A stretch of DNA of 63,851 nt, the filler included, from Octopus bimaculoides (Eukaryota): NCBI RefSeq assembly GCF_001194135.2. It is 7 parts of 6 records of this genome, joined end to end, with 100 filler letters (N's around TTAATTAATTAA, not from the genome) between each part and the next. Parts side by side here need not be neighbours in the genome. Positions count along the whole stretch, not along the records: positions 62,247 to 63,851 come from NC_068987.1; 6 more parts are not named here. One strand, written 5' to 3'. The notes under the pieces were generated by a model. That model searched no databases and was not told where the DNA came from. It worked only from the letters and a program-made list of their open reading frames with translations. Numbering within the stretch: position 1 is the first letter of the stretch; each line of letters begins with the position of its first letter. This document shows, in pieces, positions 62,901 to 63,851 of this stretch. A program made the translations under genes and the position numbers.

Positions 62901-63851
62901 AGAGGCACAGATTACATTTTCTGGAACCGTTAAATGCAACGGAACACGTATCATAAAATAGACCAATCGCTTTTATATTTGTACAATTAAAACTATTTTC
63001 AATTGCAGATATATTTAAAATGGGTGGTGAAGAGATATCTTTCTGGGTGTTTAAATTCATACACATGCTGCAAGATAATTTTTTTTTGAAAAAGGGATTT
63101 TTGATACGACTAATCATATTCCGATGTGATTGCGAACATTTTTGACTATATTGTCACGCTGCTTTCATACTTCCGTCATTTGAATACTTGACAGCATAAA
63201 ACTCAGAGTAACGGTACAAGAAGTTTTAGTTCCTAATACACTCACTCACTCACTCACTCACTCACCCACACATACACAATACAAACAAGCATGCATACAT
63301 ATATGCTTATGTATGTGTGTTAGAGTATGCATGTGTATAAGAAAAACAGAAAGAGTGGGAAGAAGGGGAAGAGAGACAGGGTGAGCGAGAGATAACTGTG
63401 TCATTTTCTTGCATTCATCGAGCAAAACGAGGGGAAAGTCCCTTAGAAATAACCCATGCCTTTCAAAGTTCAGATTTCAATCAGTACCTATCGCTAATAT
63501 AGACACACACGGATCTATTTCAAAACGGGGGCACCAGTATTTTCTTAACGAAACACGAACGAAACACTTTGAAACTTGGGACACTTGGTAGAATGTGTCA
63601 TATAAAACATATTTTACTCTTAGTCTTCTTAACAAAAAAACGTACATCGCAACTTATTCCATGTTAAAGTTGTCGTATTTCTGTAATTTCAACCAATCAC
63701 TGACGTCTATTCAGCTGAATAGAGTTACTGCTGGGCGGTCATAAAAATGTTATTCCCTGTGACATATTTCATCCGGTTTAATCGTAATTTATACGCATAT
63801 ATTGTTTATATAATAAATTACGCTGTGCGTATCTATGTGTGTAACAATTTT

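Overview
AT-rich, microsatellite- and SINE-dense animal DNA. The repeat families look like octopus (inference). The window is a draft assembly with many N gaps and six artificial 100-bp joins (44 N + TTAATTAATTAA + 44 N), so adjacency across those joins is not guaranteed. One segment (23397-48549) holds the real genes, neither of which appears in the ORF track as a whole. The first is a complete spliced 40S ribosomal protein S12 gene (+, five coding exons, 136 aa). The second is the last three exons of an importin-13-like gene (-), arranged tail-to-tail with it. RPS12 intron 4 carries a family of SNORD100-like box C/D snoRNA copies: two intact, two degenerate and one remnant. RPS12 intron 5 carries an antisense Penelope-like element and a sense-strand hammerhead ribozyme with all core nucleotides present. 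Hammerhead-like motifs from three repeat families occur in the window. One family couples a tRNA-like Pol III head to a hammerhead, both inside a Penelope element and as a solo copy. Other content: a near-full-length decayed Tx1/L1-clade LINE upstream of RPS12; RTE, R4/Dong, CR1-like, mariner, maT-like and Helitron remnants; several tRNA-derived SINE families; and a 67-bp-arm foldback. No CRISPR, rRNA or genuine tRNA genes were seen. All alignments and folds were done by eye; family names rest on recalled motifs, not database searches.
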